Assembly: GCF_006345805.1 (NCBI RefSeq)
Contig: NW_021832133.1
Coordinates: 1 to 62,797, forward strand
DNA: 62,797 bases
Reading direction: 5' to 3'
DNA from: Octopus sinensis
Taxonomy: Eukaryota
Below the pieces are notes generated by a model. That model did no database searches, was not told the origin of the DNA, and saw only the letters and a program-made list of their open reading frames with translations. Of the stretch, positions 27,798-39,916 are shown in pieces. Made by a program: the position numbers and the translations under genes. Numbering within the stretch: the first letter of the stretch is position 1; every line of letters starts with the position of its first letter.

Positions 27798-28164
27798 ACT
27801 AGCAGTATCGCCCGGCGTTGCTCGGGTTTGTAAGGGAAATAACTATATAAGCATTTTTAGAGATTTATAGCCAAAAAATAACAAAAAAATTATGGTAAAT
27901 TTTTTTTTAAATCGTTGGCCTTTTTAGAGAGTTACTTCCCTTATATAATAGCGAAAAAATGCATTAAAATGGAAAAAATGATGGTAAATTATTTTTAAAA
28001 TCGTAGACTCATCGTAGACGCGCGCTAATACCCAGAAGGGCTCGATATGAATCACGACTATAAGATACCCGGTTTTGGTTAAACTGCACCGCAAAATGTG
28101 GGAGTAGTTAGGAATCTAAATCGTAGGAGACAGACACACAACCTCTCTTTTATATATAAAAGAT
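27798..28164 (+). mobile_element. Non-autonomous Helitron/Helentron-like element
   Basis: ACTAGCAGTATCGCCCGGCGTTGCTCGGG start and TTTTATATATAAAAGAT end. Copies at 35908-36187, 41176-41683 and 41686-41961. Superfamily assigned from terminal pattern only. Confidence 0.55.
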
Positions 28165-28200
28165 TACGTGGGTTTTCTCTCTTCACGATAAAAGATCTTT

Positions 28201-28445
28201 GGTACCACTAGCAAACAGTGGTCCCGGTGCGCGCAAGCATGTTTGTATCGCACATGCGGCATATTCGTTTGTGAAGAAGAAAGTTTTGAACGATGTTACT
28301 CCCCGATATTTACATTGCCAGAAAGGGGACATTACAAGCAATTATCTTGTACATAACCCATAGCAAATTGGTGGACTTGGGCACAACGTGGGAATAGATG
28401 AATCTATGATGTGCAAACGAAAATACAACAGAGGTAGAATGTCAC
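28201..28445 (+). mobile_element. Merlin (IS1595-like) element 5' part with TIR and first catalytic Asp
   Basis: TIR GGTACCACTAGCAAACAGTGGTCC. Translation QIGGLGHNVGIDESMMCKRKYNRGR (IDES at 28394-28405). Confidence 0.8.
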
Positions 28446-28450
28446 AGGAG

Positions 28451-29326
28451 GGATCTTTTCCTTTTGAACGGCAGTTTTCAACACAATTTCTAGTTAACTA
28501 AACGTGTAGGTGCAATGGCCCAGTGGTTAGGGCAGCGGACTCGCGGTCATAGGATCGCAGTTTCGATTCCCAGACCGGGCGTTGTGAGTGTTTATTGAGC
28601 GAAAACACCTAAAAGCTCCACGAGGCTCCGGCAGGGGATGGTGGTGATCCCTGCTGTACTCTTTCACCACAACTTCCTGTTTCTGTTGTACCTGTATTTC
28701 AAAGGGCTGACCTTGTCACTCTCTGTGTCATGCTGAATATCCCCGAGAACTACGTTAAGGGTACACGTGTCTGTGGAGTGCTCAGCCACTTACACGTTAA
28801 TTTCACGAGCAGGCTGTTCCGTTGATTCGGATGAACCGGAACCCTCGTCGTCATAACCGACGGAGTGCTTCCATCCAGTTAACTAAACACTTAAACTTTG
28901 TATACTGGTGTCTTGGCATTCTTGAGAAACTTGTAATTTGTAAGTCTAGAAAAAAATCCCATTTTCCGTAGCGGTGTCGTATGAAAATGTCACCCATAAT
29001 TATGACCCTAGTATCGATCTATTGCATTTCAATGTTTTAGGGTTAGGGGTTGGGGAAGGGTATATTTTTTTTCTTCAGAAATGTAAATAAACCCAATCTG
29101 TTTCTTAAACGAGGGACATATTCATTATGCACAGAATGTTATTTACCTAAATGGACGTAAGAGATTGGTTAAAATTGCCGAAATATCTTACAAACTATAG
29201 AATTTTCTCAATAAAGCCAAGAAAAAAATGATGTTTTATAAACACAATCTCCCAGTATACGAAGTTTAAAAGTGTTTAGTTACAAAGAAATTGTGTTGAA
29301 AAGTGCCGTTCAAAAGGGAAAGATCC
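28451..29326. mobile_element. MITE family X with GGATCTTT..TTTGAACGGC TIRs (contains a SINE)
   Basis: Inverted termini at 28451 and 29326. A short two-TIR copy lies at 29951-30094. Confidence 0.7.
28504..28876 (+). mobile_element. SINE family C (tRNA-Arg-like head) with 12-bp TSD
   Basis: A box TGGCCCAGTGG, B-box-like GTTTCGATTCC. AGTTAACTAAAC duplicated at 28492-28503 and 28877-28888. Confidence 0.85.
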
Positions 29327-29468
29327 AATTTTTTTTACACAAAGTAACTAATTTTTGTTAAACAAAGTAAATAACACACAAAAACACAAAGTAAGAATCG
29401 ACTAGTCATGACTAGCTGGCGCGGATGCGCGAGTACGCGCACCTGGACCACTGTTCGCTAGTAGTACC

Positions 29469-29805
29469 ATTAAAAAGTTCGTAAAACCAGGTACGACAAT
29501 TTATTCGGATTGTTATAATGGAATTAATGAAATGGATGTGACACCAAAATACATCCATTTCAAAGTCGACCACTCGGAAAATTTCGTGGATCCGATTACA
29601 AAGGTTACACACCAATTCTGTGGAATGTTTTTGGAAGAATGCGAAAAGACGATTGAAGACAATGATGTGGGTAGACACTAACACGGTGGAGCCGTACCTG
29701 GACGAATTTCTGTGGAGGGAGCAATATGGAAAATGTGGAAAGGAATGTATTGAAAACATTCTGCAGCACCTTGCAGAATGGTTCAAATTCGAGGAACTCA
29801 AATGA
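29469..29805 (+). pseudogene. Merlin transposase C-terminal fragment
   Basis: VKPGTTIYSDC..YIHFKVDHSENFVDPITK, a 1-bp frameshift, then HTNSVECFWKNAKRRLK..YLDEFLWRE. Confidence 0.85.
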
Positions 29806-31936
29806 ACTTCAACATTTTATTTTATTGTTTGACGGCATTTTGGAACGAATTGCAAGAACTGTGAGATATTTATTTGCTTTTTATTTACTTTGTTCGAAAA
29901 ATATTATTTAATTTGTGTAAAAAAATTGTATACATTTTTACAAAAAAACCGGATCTTTTCGGTTTGAACGGCGCTTTGTAACATAACACTTTTAAACTTC
30001 GTATACTGGTAGAATGTCTACCATTCTACCAGTATAAAAGTGTTTAGTTAACTAGAAATTGTGTTGAAAAGTGCCGTTCAAAAGGAAAAGATCCTAATTA
30101 TTTACTTTACGTTTTATTTACTTTGTTCGAAAAATATTATTTAATTTGTTTAAAAAAAATATTATTTAATTTGTGTATCGCGCACGTGCGAATCTATTCA
30201 TCGGACCATGTTAACACCAAAAATTATTTACATCAAAAAGGTGCTTATTTTTTCTTTGAAAATCCCTATTTTTTACGATTACGACTGTGTGAAAAGTCTG
30301 GCTGCATCCGAAAAACTATATATTATGAAACAAAAATAAACACAAAATTTATTACACGAATCTGTTACCACCACGACAGTCAACTATTTGACGCCCAACA
30401 CGAGTTTGATGATGAATACATCCACGAATTTTCCGCTCAGATAGCTCTTTCCAAAACTGCAAGACAGCTTCGTGCAATTCATGCCTCGGTTCGTAAGCAA
30501 GCTACTTACCACACTATTTCTATAGTAACGTGACAAGGAGTCACTTCTATCCTAGTAAACTTTAATAAGAGAGAGATAACCAACTTTGTTAGAAATCTTT
30601 CTTCAAAAATTAAAAATTCTGCGCTACAAATTAGTCTCAAAACAAAGATGCTAATGTGTATGCAGCAAGACTTTTCACACAGAGTTTTCATACTTGTTCT
30701 ATCATATCAACACAGCTTTGTTTAGTAACATAGATATCACTCCTCCTCTGCCTCTTTCAGTACATTCATAAATATACAAATACTAGTAGTCTCGCCCGGC
30801 GTTGCTTGGGTTTGTTTCGACCCTTTAGAATTGGAATTTTTGAAAAGTAAAAATTTTGCATTATGTAGCTTGTTATTCTCTTTAAGTGAACATTTTTCTG
30901 GCTGAAATACACTGAAAAATGGTGACACAGCAGTAAAAAATAGGGATTTTCATAGAAAAAAGCACCTTTTTCATATAAATAATTTTTGGTGTTAACATGG
31001 TCCGATTTGAATTTTTTCATCTACGGAAGGAAGAGCAAGCCTTCTTCTATCATACTCTCAATTTTGGTCAACTTGCGCCGCAGGGTCTTGGAGGAGATGG
31101 TGTTAGTTGAAGGCTACCAAACCTTCCATACACAGGCAACTTCAGCTTTAGGCACAGGAATGGCTGTGTGGTAAGTAGCTTGCTTACCAACCACATGGTT
31201 CTGGGTTCATTCCCACTGTGTGGCACCTTGGGCAAGTGTCTTCTACTATAGCCTCGGGCAGACCAAAGCCTTGTGAGTGGATTTGGTAGACGGAAACTGG
31301 AAGAAGCCCGTCGTATGTATGTATATATATGTGTGTGTGTCTGTGTGTTCATGAGTTGTTATTATAGATATTTCTACTCTATTATATAAACTTCCTGAAA
31401 ATACAGATATTGGATAAGTTTAATAGTTCAAATAAACGTTGTGAATTTGCATTTTTGAATATCTACCTTTTAAATATATTCTATGTTTTTTCTTTCTATT
31501 CTTTCAGAAAATCACATGAAATTGGCTAAAAAGTATTTTTTACTTTTAAAGAATCATCAATATGTATCATGTTTGAAAGACTCTGCAAAGATATTCTACA
31601 AACGTATAATCCTGCTTCTATAAAACATTGCTGAATTACAGTAAAATATTTCCTCTGAGAGAGAAAGCATTTCTTTACTTCTGTGTCTGAAATGTGCAAG
31701 AGATAATTTTCTCTTTTAAATATACTTTGATGGATTTCCAAAGAGTATTTGCAACATTTTTAAATATTGGCATTGATCACATTTAGAAGAAATATAAGAG
31801 AAGTGATATTTGTTTGGAATAAACTATAAAAACAAAAAGAAGCAAAATATCCATAAATTTTGGTGAGAGGAGAAATATTATTAAAAAGTTGTTGATCTGT
31901 AGAACTTGAAGGGTTCATTATATTTTTCTTGAAGAG

Positions 31937-32965
31937 ATGTCGGAAGAATTAAGAGAATCATCATATGACTGTGACATCTGCAAAGAGTCATTCTTAGAAG
32001 AAAGTAAATTCAATCAACACAAACAAATTCATAGAAGAGAGAAACAACATCATTGTGATATCTGTGGTAAATCATTCTCTGTTCGCAGTAGCTTAACCAA
32101 ACACAAGCGTATTCATACAGGGGAGAAACCATATCAATGTGATATCTGTGGTAAATCATTCTCTCACAAAAGAAATTTAACCAGACACAATCGTATTCAT
32201 ACAGGAGAGAAACCATATAAGTGTGATATCTGCAGTAAATCATTCTCTCGAAATCACCAATTGACCGAACACAGACGTACTCATACAGGAGAAAAACCAA
32301 ATCGCTGTGACATCTGTGGTGTAACTTTTGCTGCTGTGAGCACTGTGATAGCACACAAGCGTATCCATACAGGAATCAAACTATACCGGTGTGATATCTG
32401 TGGTGAATCATTCTCTGCTGTGAGTACCTTAACTACTCACAAACGTACTCATACTGGCGAGAAACCATATCAATGTGATATCTGTGGTAAATCATTCTCT
32501 GAAAATAAGAATTTAACTACCCATAAACGCACTCATACAGGTGAGAAGCCATATCACTGTGATACCTGTGGAAATTCATTTTCTCAAAGTTACCAGTTGA
32601 CTCTACACAGATTTATTCTCACAGGACAAAAACCATATCAGTGTGATATCTGTGGTAAATCATTCTCTCGAAGTCAACACTTGGCTATACACAAACGCAC
32701 TCATACAGGTGAGAAACCATATCACTGTGATATCTGCGGTAAATCGTTTGCTGTTAGAAGTAAGGTAACTTCTCACAAACGTGTTCATACAGGGGAGAAA
32801 CCATACCAATGTGATATCTGTGGTAAATCATTCTCTTTTGGGTGTAGTTTAACCACTCACAAACGTGTCCATACAGGTGAGGAAGTCCATTATTGTGATA
32901 TCTGTGGAAAATCGTTTTCTTATGGATGTAGTTGCCAGCCTCGCCCCCGTGCCGGTGGCATGTAA
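31937..32965 (+). CDS. C2H2 zinc-finger protein, 11 fingers plus a truncated 12th (342 aa)
   Basis: Tandem C2H2 fingers with TGEKPY linkers (finger 8 lacks its last His). Acceptor TTCTTTCAG ends at 31507. C-terminus is read from an RTE insertion. Confidence 0.92.
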   Translation: MSEELRESSYDCDICKESFLEESKFNQHKQIHRREKQHHCDICGKSFSVRSSLTKHKRIHTGEKPYQCDICGKSFSHKRNLTRHNRIHTGEKPYKCDICSKSFSRNHQLTEHRRTHTGEKPNRCDICGVTFAAVSTVIAHKRIHTGIKLYRCDICGESFSAVSTLTTHKRTHTGEKPYQCDICGKSFSENKNLTTHKRTHTGEKPYHCDTCGNSFSQSYQLTLHRFILTGQKPYQCDICGKSFSRSQHLAIHKRTHTGEKPYHCDICGKSFAVRSKVTSHKRVHTGEKPYQCDICGKSFSFGCSLTTHKRVHTGEEVHYCDICGKSFSYGCSCQPRPRAGGM

Positions 32966-33222
32966 AAGCACCATCCGTTCGTGTCCGTTGCCAGCCTCGC
33001 CTGGCCCCCGTTCGTGGCCGTTTGCCAGCTCCATCTGGCACCTGTACGGGTGGCACGTAAAAAGCACCCACTACACTCGTGGAGTGGTTGGCGTTAGGAA
33101 GGGCATCCAGCCGTAGAAACACTGCCAGATCAGACTGGGCCTGATACAGCCTTCTGGCTTCACAGACCCCAGTTGAACCGTCCAACCCATGCTAGCATGG
33201 AAAACGGATGCTAAATGATGAT
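32934..33222 (+). mobile_element. 5'-truncated RTE insertion with 9-bp TSD
   Basis: GATGTAGTT at 32925-32933 and 33223-33231. The finger resumes as [13 protein letters not shown] after the insert. Confidence 0.85.
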
Positions 33223-33624
33223 GATGTAGTTTATCTCGGCACAAACGTATTCATACAGGAGAGAAGCCATGTTAATTAATAATTCTCTGTTCGGATTAGC
33301 TTCACTGAATTGTAATTTATTTATACGCCGATGCCAGCGCCGCCTTGACTGGCACGTAAAAACCACCAATTGATCGTAGCCGTTACCAGCCTTGCCTGGC
33401 ATGTAAAAAGCACCCACTACACTCACGGAGTTGTTGGCGTTAGGAAGGGCATCCAGCTGTAGAAACACTGCCAGATCAGACTGGAAACCACACGTCGAGC
33501 AAAAGGGCAAAAGCTTGCTCGATTCTCAGTACGTATACCACCGCTCGAACCGTCGAACCCATACTAGCATGGAAAATGGACGTTAAACGATGAGGTTTAT
33601 ATGTATCTCATTGTGTTCGACTCT

Positions 33625-34031
33625 CTTCTACTCTTTTACTTGTTTCAGTCATTTGACTGTGGCCATGCTGGAGCACCACCTTTAATCGAGCAACTCGACC
33701 CGGGACTTATTCTTTGTAAGCCCAGTACTTATTCTATCGGTCTCTTTTACTGAATTGCTAAGTGACGAGGACATAAACACACCAGCATTGGTTGTCAAGC
33801 AATACTAGGGGGACAAACACAGACACACACACACACATATATATACATATACGTGTATATATATATACGACGGGCTTCTTTCAGTTTTCATCTACCAAAT
33901 CCACTCACAAGGCTTTGGTTGGTCAGCCCGAGGCTATAGTAGAAGACACTTGCCCAAGGTGCACGCAGTGGGACTGAACCCGGAACCATGTGGTTGGTAA
34001 GCAAGCTACTTACCACACAGCCACTCCTGCG
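33625..34031 (-). mobile_element. SINE family A
   Basis: Reverse-complement full-length copy. Confidence 0.85.
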
Positions 34032-34404
34032 CCTATATATGCTTGTATATATACATATAGATGTAGGTACGTACATATATGCATATGTTTTATTTATCAG
34101 TACGTTTATATATTTGTTGTGCAAAATGGCTGATGGTTAGTAAGGAGAGACACACAAATAAGAAAGGAGAAGGCAAAGGACCACTGATGAGGTCACAGTG
34201 TGACGAAAGAGCTCTGGCCGAAATAAGATTAAGATTAATGTAAAAAATAAATAACACTGAAGCAAAGTTAACACCAAATATATAGTGCGTGTGTTTTTAT
34301 TGGCTAAACTGGCAAAATGACCATTCCGAAATATAACAATATTTCATTCATTATTTTGTTATTAAATGACGAAATGCCACTCATCCTCTTCCAAGTAAGT
34401 TTTA

Positions 34405-34795
34405 TCATCATCGTTTAACTTCCGTTCTCCATGCTAGCATGGGTTGGACGGTTCGACCAGGGAAGCCAGAAGGCTGCACCAGGCTCCAGTCTTATCTGGC
34501 AATGTTTCTACAGCTGGATGCCCTTCCTAACGCCAACCACTCCGTGAGTGTAGTGGGTGATTTTTACATGCCACCTACACAGGTACCAGGCGAGGCTGGC
34601 AACGGGCACGGTCGGATTGGTGCATTTTACGTGCCACCGGGACGGAAGCCAGTCGAGGCGGCACTGGCATCGGCTACGATTCGGATGGTGCTTTTTACGT
34701 GCCACCAGTCCAGGGGTCCTGGCATCTGCTGGGTGCCAGTCATAGGATTGGTTCAATTTCGATTTCACTTGCCCCAACAGGTCTTCGCAAGCAAA
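34405..34795 (-). mobile_element. RTE 3' UTR and tail
   Basis: (CAT)n, tail and ~60-bp UTR repeats in reverse orientation. Confidence 0.75.
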
Positions 34796-34812
34796 GACAT
34801 TTTATATATATA

Positions 34813-35671
34813 GGCGCAGGGGTGGCTGTGTGGTAAGTAGCTTGCTAACCAACCACACGGTTGCGGGTTCAGTCCCACTGCGTGGCATCTTGGGCAAGTG
34901 TCTTCTGCTATAGCCCCGGGCCGACCAATGCCTTGTGAGTGGATTTGGTTGACGGAAACTGAAAGAAGCCTGTCGTATATATGTATATATATATATATGT
35001 ATGTGTGTGTGTTTGTGTGTCTGTCCCCCCAGCATTGCTTGACAACCGATGCTGGTGTGTTTACGTCCCCGTCACTTAGCGGTTCGGCAAAAAGAGACCA
35101 ATAGAATAAGTACTAAAAGGCGGTGCTCCAGCATGGCCACAGTCAAATGACTGAAACAAGTAAAACAGTATATGTATATGGAAAGCTAAGTAATCTATTT
35201 CCATTTAAGATTTTAAAATTTTAAATATTCTAATAAGTCTTATTGTATACTATATAAACACTGATTGTTATGTAATGGTTCAGTTATCGAAGTTATACTC
35301 TTTACTTGTATCAGTCATTTGACTGCGGCCATGCTGGAGCACCGCCTTTAGTCGAGCAACTCGACCCCAGGACTTATTCTTTGTAAGCCCAGTACTTATT
35401 CTATCAGTCTGTTTTGCCGAACCGCTAAGTGACGGCGACGTAAACACACCAGCATCGGTTGTCAAGCAATGCTAGGGAGACAAACAGACACAAACACATA
35501 CATATATACGATGGGCTTCTTTTCAGTTTCTGCCTACCAAATCCACTCACAAGGCTTTGGTCGGCCCGAGGCTATTGTAGAAGACACTTGCCCAAGATGC
35601 CACGCAGTGGGACTGAACCCAGAACCATGTGGTTGGTAAGCAAGCTACTTACCACACAGTCACTCCTGCGC
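34813..35671. mobile_element. Two SINE family A copies in opposite orientation (34813-35166 +, 35297-35671 -)
   Basis: Family A head and tail motifs in both orientations. Confidence 0.8.
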
Positions 35672-35907
35672 CTATATATATATATAATTATTAGATTTTA
35701 ACTCTACATTTATTTGTAAGATTTTACTTAGCCAAAGAGGTTTATTGATCGTTAATAGTAATAGGTTTCTTGTATTAATTTATCTCTTAATTATATTAAT
35801 ATTTATGTAAGTAGTATTGGATTAATTAATTAATTAATCTTTATATTTATTGATAGCATAAATTTTAGTCTTTAATCACTATATTTGTTGATAGTAATTA
35901 TTTTTAA

Positions 35908-36187
35908 ATCTTTATATATAAAACTGAAGTTGTGTGAGAGTCTGTCTCCTCCGAATTAGATTCCTAACTACTCCCACATTTTGCGGTGCAGTTTAACCAA
36001 AACCGGGTATCTTATAGTCGTGATTCATATCGAGCCCTTCTGGGTATTTGCATGCGTCTACGATGAGTCTATGATTTAAAACAAAATTTACCATCATTTT
36101 TTGCTCGGTTTATATAAGGGAAATAACTCTCTAAAAATGCTTATATAGTTATTTCCCTTACAAACAACGCCGGGCGATACTGCTAGT
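35908..36187 (-). mobile_element. Helitron-like element copy
   Basis: Reverse complement of the 27798-28164 termini. Confidence 0.55.
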
Positions 36188-36329
36188 ATTTTATAATTAT
36201 TAGATGTGTACTTAAATCTAAAATATGAATAACGATTATTTAGTTAAATAATTTGGTAATTAAATTTTTGGACTATAACTGAGTTAAGGATATTGTGATT
36301 TTATTATGTTTTTTAAAGCTATATTCATA

Positions 36330-36622
36330 CCAGTGCTGGTGGCACATAAGAGAACCATCCGAACGTGGCCAGCCCCACCCCGACTGGCTTCCGTGCCGGT
36401 GGCACATAAACAGCACCATCCGATCGTGGCCGTTTGCCAGCCTCATCTGGCACGTAAAAAGCACCCACTACACTCACGGAGTGGTTGGCATTAGGAAGGG
36501 CATCCAGCTGTAGAAACATTGCCAGATCAGACTGGGCCTGGTGCAGCCCTCTGGCTTCCCAGACCCCAGTTGCACTGTCCAACCCATGCCAGCATGGAAA
36601 GCGGACGTTAAACGATGATGAT
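36330..36622 (+). mobile_element. RTE 3' UTR and tail
   Basis: UTR repeats, AGGAAGGGCATCCAGC and (GAT)n. Confidence 0.75.
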
Positions 36623-36953
36623 CTCTAATAGTTGACTTTGTTGTATTATAGCTATTTTTAATTGATAAAATATATTCGTAGTATAAATTGTTAATGAATT
36701 TTCCATTTGTTTATTATTTTTTTAGTTAATGACAGGTTTATTTTAAAAGTAAGTAAACCCTTTTTTTAATAATTTATGTTATATGGTATTTATTGGATAC
36801 TATATAACTACAGATTGATAATCTCATTGTATAAGTATTTAGTTGTTGAAAATATGTATTTCATAACTATATGGTTTTAATAAGTTATTAATTAGCCAAC
36901 GAGATATTTGGATCGTTAAATAGTTATAGAGTTTTTTTAAGATAGTTTATATA

Positions 36954-37303
36954 CTCTTTTACTTGTTTCAGTCATTTGACTGCGGCCATGCTGGAGCACC
37001 GCCTTTAGTCGAGCAAATCGACCCCAGGACTTGTTCTTTGTAAGCCTAGTACTTATTCTATCGGTGTCTTTTGCCGAACCGCTAAGTGACAGGGACGTAA
37101 ACACACCAGCATCAGTTGTCGAGCAATGCTAGAGGGACAAACACAGACATATATACGACGGGCTTCTTTCAGTTTCCATCTACCAAATCCACTCACAAGG
37201 CTTTGGTCGGCCCGAGGCTATAGTAGAAGACACTTGCCCAAGATGCCACGCAGTGGGACTGAACCCGGAACCATGTGGTTGGTTAGCAAGCTACTTACCA
37301 CTC
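36954..37303 (-). mobile_element. SINE family A
   Basis: Reverse-complement copy. Confidence 0.85.
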
Positions 37304-38176
37304 CTGTTTACAATTTGCTTTTTCATAAGTAATAATGAATAATTAATTTATTTAGTTTTTTTTTTTGATAGAGATAATTTTAGATCTTAATTATTATATT
37401 TATTGATGATTTAGTTATTATTCAAATATTTTATAATTATTTGATTTGAACTTAAATTTAATAATATGAATAGTCATTTTTTTTTTTGTTAAATAATTAG
37501 ATATTGACTATTACTGAGATTAGGTTATTCGTGAGTTTACTATGTTTTTTTAAAGCCATATTATATCTGTATAGATAAATACATTTTCTATCTATTCTTA
37601 CCTTTAAAATTAATGTTTAACATTATAATTGGATTGTATGACATAATTGTTAAAGTTTCTAGTTTGATAATAGAGTTTTTTATAAGAAAAATTATTATTT
37701 TATTTATTTCTTAAAAAATATTGTTTAAATATATTTGCTTATTTATTTAACTATTATCATTAACCTGAAGATTGACTATAACCATAATTCGAATTAGGTT
37801 ATGGCCATGAAACGTACGTAGTAGTTTTACTTATCTTATATTACACTTTTTGATAGTTATATATATTTAAATTAAAAAAAAGTTTAAAAATTTATTAATT
37901 TAAATTCAAAAATATAAATTAATAATTTTAAATATAGTTTGTATATTATATTAATTATTTTTATCGTTTTCACTGTTTGATTTGCCTAATAGTGGTTTTA
38001 TCTCTAATTTAATTTATATGTATGTATATATATATGTGTGTGTATATATATGTGTGTGTATATATATGTATGTATATATATATATGTGTGTATATATATA
38101 TATATGTATATGCATGTATATACATATATGTATGTATATATATGTGTGTATATATATGTATATATATATGTGTATA

Positions 38177-38477
38177 TTAATAGTTATCACCATACTAATA
38201 TGGCAGTCTTATAAATATAAGACTGTCGCTGATTAGCTCCAAGAGGCCACTGCCTCTAGCTAGCTATTTGACACACAACCTGCGTCCATTACAAACCTTT
38301 GTACAGGGGAGGTCAGCCGCTTCATCCTGCTAGTCAGACAGCTGTTCGAAGGTTTGTAATGGACGCAGGTTGTGTGTCAAATAGCTAGCTTGAGGCGGTG
38401 GCTTCTTGGAGCTAATCAGCGACAGCTTTAGTCTTATATTTATAAGGCTGCCATATTAGTATGGCGATAACTATTAA
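38177..38477. mobile_element. Foldback element (arms ~125 bp, 47-bp spacer)
   Basis: TTAATAGTTATCACCATACTAATATGGCAG... inverted at ...CTGCCATATTAGTATGGCGATAACTATTAA. Confidence 0.8.
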
Positions 38478-39033
38478 TTTCCAGTAACGATGCCATAATC
38501 TTCTTTAGAGAGACTTAGTAATTTTAATATTTCTATTATATATGTGTATAGTTATATATATACACACATGTATATACATGTGTATATAGACATATTTATA
38601 CATAGACATGTATATACTTGTGCATATAGACATGTATTTACATGTGTATATAGACGTATATATATATACACCAGAGATATTTGGTGTTGCTCAGGAATAA
38701 AATGGCATGGTTTACCATTGTTTATTTGTTTTGTAATTGTGACTGCGGCCATGCTGGAGCACCGCCTTTTACTTGTGATTATCTGTTTGTTGTATTTTTG
38801 GAATATATTCCTGTAACTCTATGCACTCCTGATTTCTTCATAGATATATGTATCTTTGTTTGTTCCCCCTCTCCATCATCGCTTGACAACCAACGTTGGT
38901 GTGTTTATGTCCCCCAATAATTTCGTGGTTCAGTGAAAGCGTGTCCTGTCGTCGATTTCTTCAACTAAAACCACTCCAGCAGGGTCGTGGTCACAAGAAA
39001 AAACAACAAAAAGCATGCAAGATACAAAATGTC

Positions 39034-39039
39034 TTTATT
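39034..39039 (-). terminator. Putative SUPT3H polyadenylation signal
   Basis: AATAAA ~740 nt after the stop, followed ~20 nt later by a T/GT-rich tract (TTTTTGTTGTTTTTT). Confidence 0.45.
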
Positions 39040-39776
39040 CATACAACAGTTCACACGACACATATTTACATATGAAGAACTCCTTGTCTACTCATTCCAG
39101 TCAGAGGTGTTGGTCATTTGGTGAGTGGTCAGCTGATGTTGTACATATACGCAGTGTTTGTTATACATACACACACTTGTACATTATGCAAACGTGCATA
39201 CGCACACATACATATTGTCTCATAAATATATTGATACTCTCTCCCTCACACAGTCGTATACAGCCACCCATGAGTGAACGGATGGTTAGGTAGACAGGTG
39301 AGGTTGACTAGTAGATTGGCAGGTGAGGAGAGAAGTAGGTAGGTAGTGTCTTTTGTTGTTGCACATAATGTTTACTGTTTCTGTGTGTGTTTATATGTCC
39401 CCTTTTCAAGTCCTATACAACATTTTTTTCATATTAGATAGAGAGAAGGGGGAATAGGTAGGTACGTAGATAGATAGAGAGAGAGAAAGAAAGATGGGGA
39501 GATAGATAGAGAGACAGGTAGGTACGTACGTAGATAGAGAGAAAGATGGGTAGGAAGGTAGATAGGTAGGTACGTAGATAGAAAGATGGGGAGATAGGTA
39601 GGAAACTAGGCTGGTAGGTTAGGGTATGTATGGGAGCAGGTAAGTCAGTAGACAGGTAAATTATGGAAAAGGACGGTTTGATGATGTAGTTTAGCTTAGT
39701 ATGTTTGGCAAGACATAAAAGAAGGATCTCTGACTGGCTGAAGACACAGAAGGACAATTCTTGAAGATGACTTTCC

Positions 39777-39824
39777 TCAAAGACAAAGAAGGACATTCCT
39801 TGGAGAAGATCCAGCAACTCGCTT
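39777..39824 (-). CDS. SUPT3H: SUPT3H terminal coding exon (KRVAGSSPRNVLLCL*)
   Basis: Strong acceptor CCCTTTCCTTCTCTCTTCCAG. Phase 0 matches the previous exon. Short C-terminus ends in a hydrophobic-Cys stretch, like vertebrate FLAC. Confidence 0.7.
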   Translation of the reverse strand, partial: KRVAGSSPRNVLLCL

Positions 39825-39916
39825 CTGGAAGAGAGAAGGAAAGGGTTACGGTTAAATGTACAATTTTCTTAGACAATAATGATTCTATATCTAAGAGATG
39901 AGGAATTATGTACATT

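Noticed and set aside
30330-30480. Possible Tc1/mariner C-terminal relic (AVLQFWKEL..GGNRFV*) on the minus strand
   Set aside because: No catalytic motif or TIR visible.
35170-37980. Mitochondrial insertion (ND2-like peptide)
   Set aside because: The resemblance is compositional (hydrophobic, AT-rich) with no diagnostic motif, and the unit is tandemly repeated; not callable without a search.
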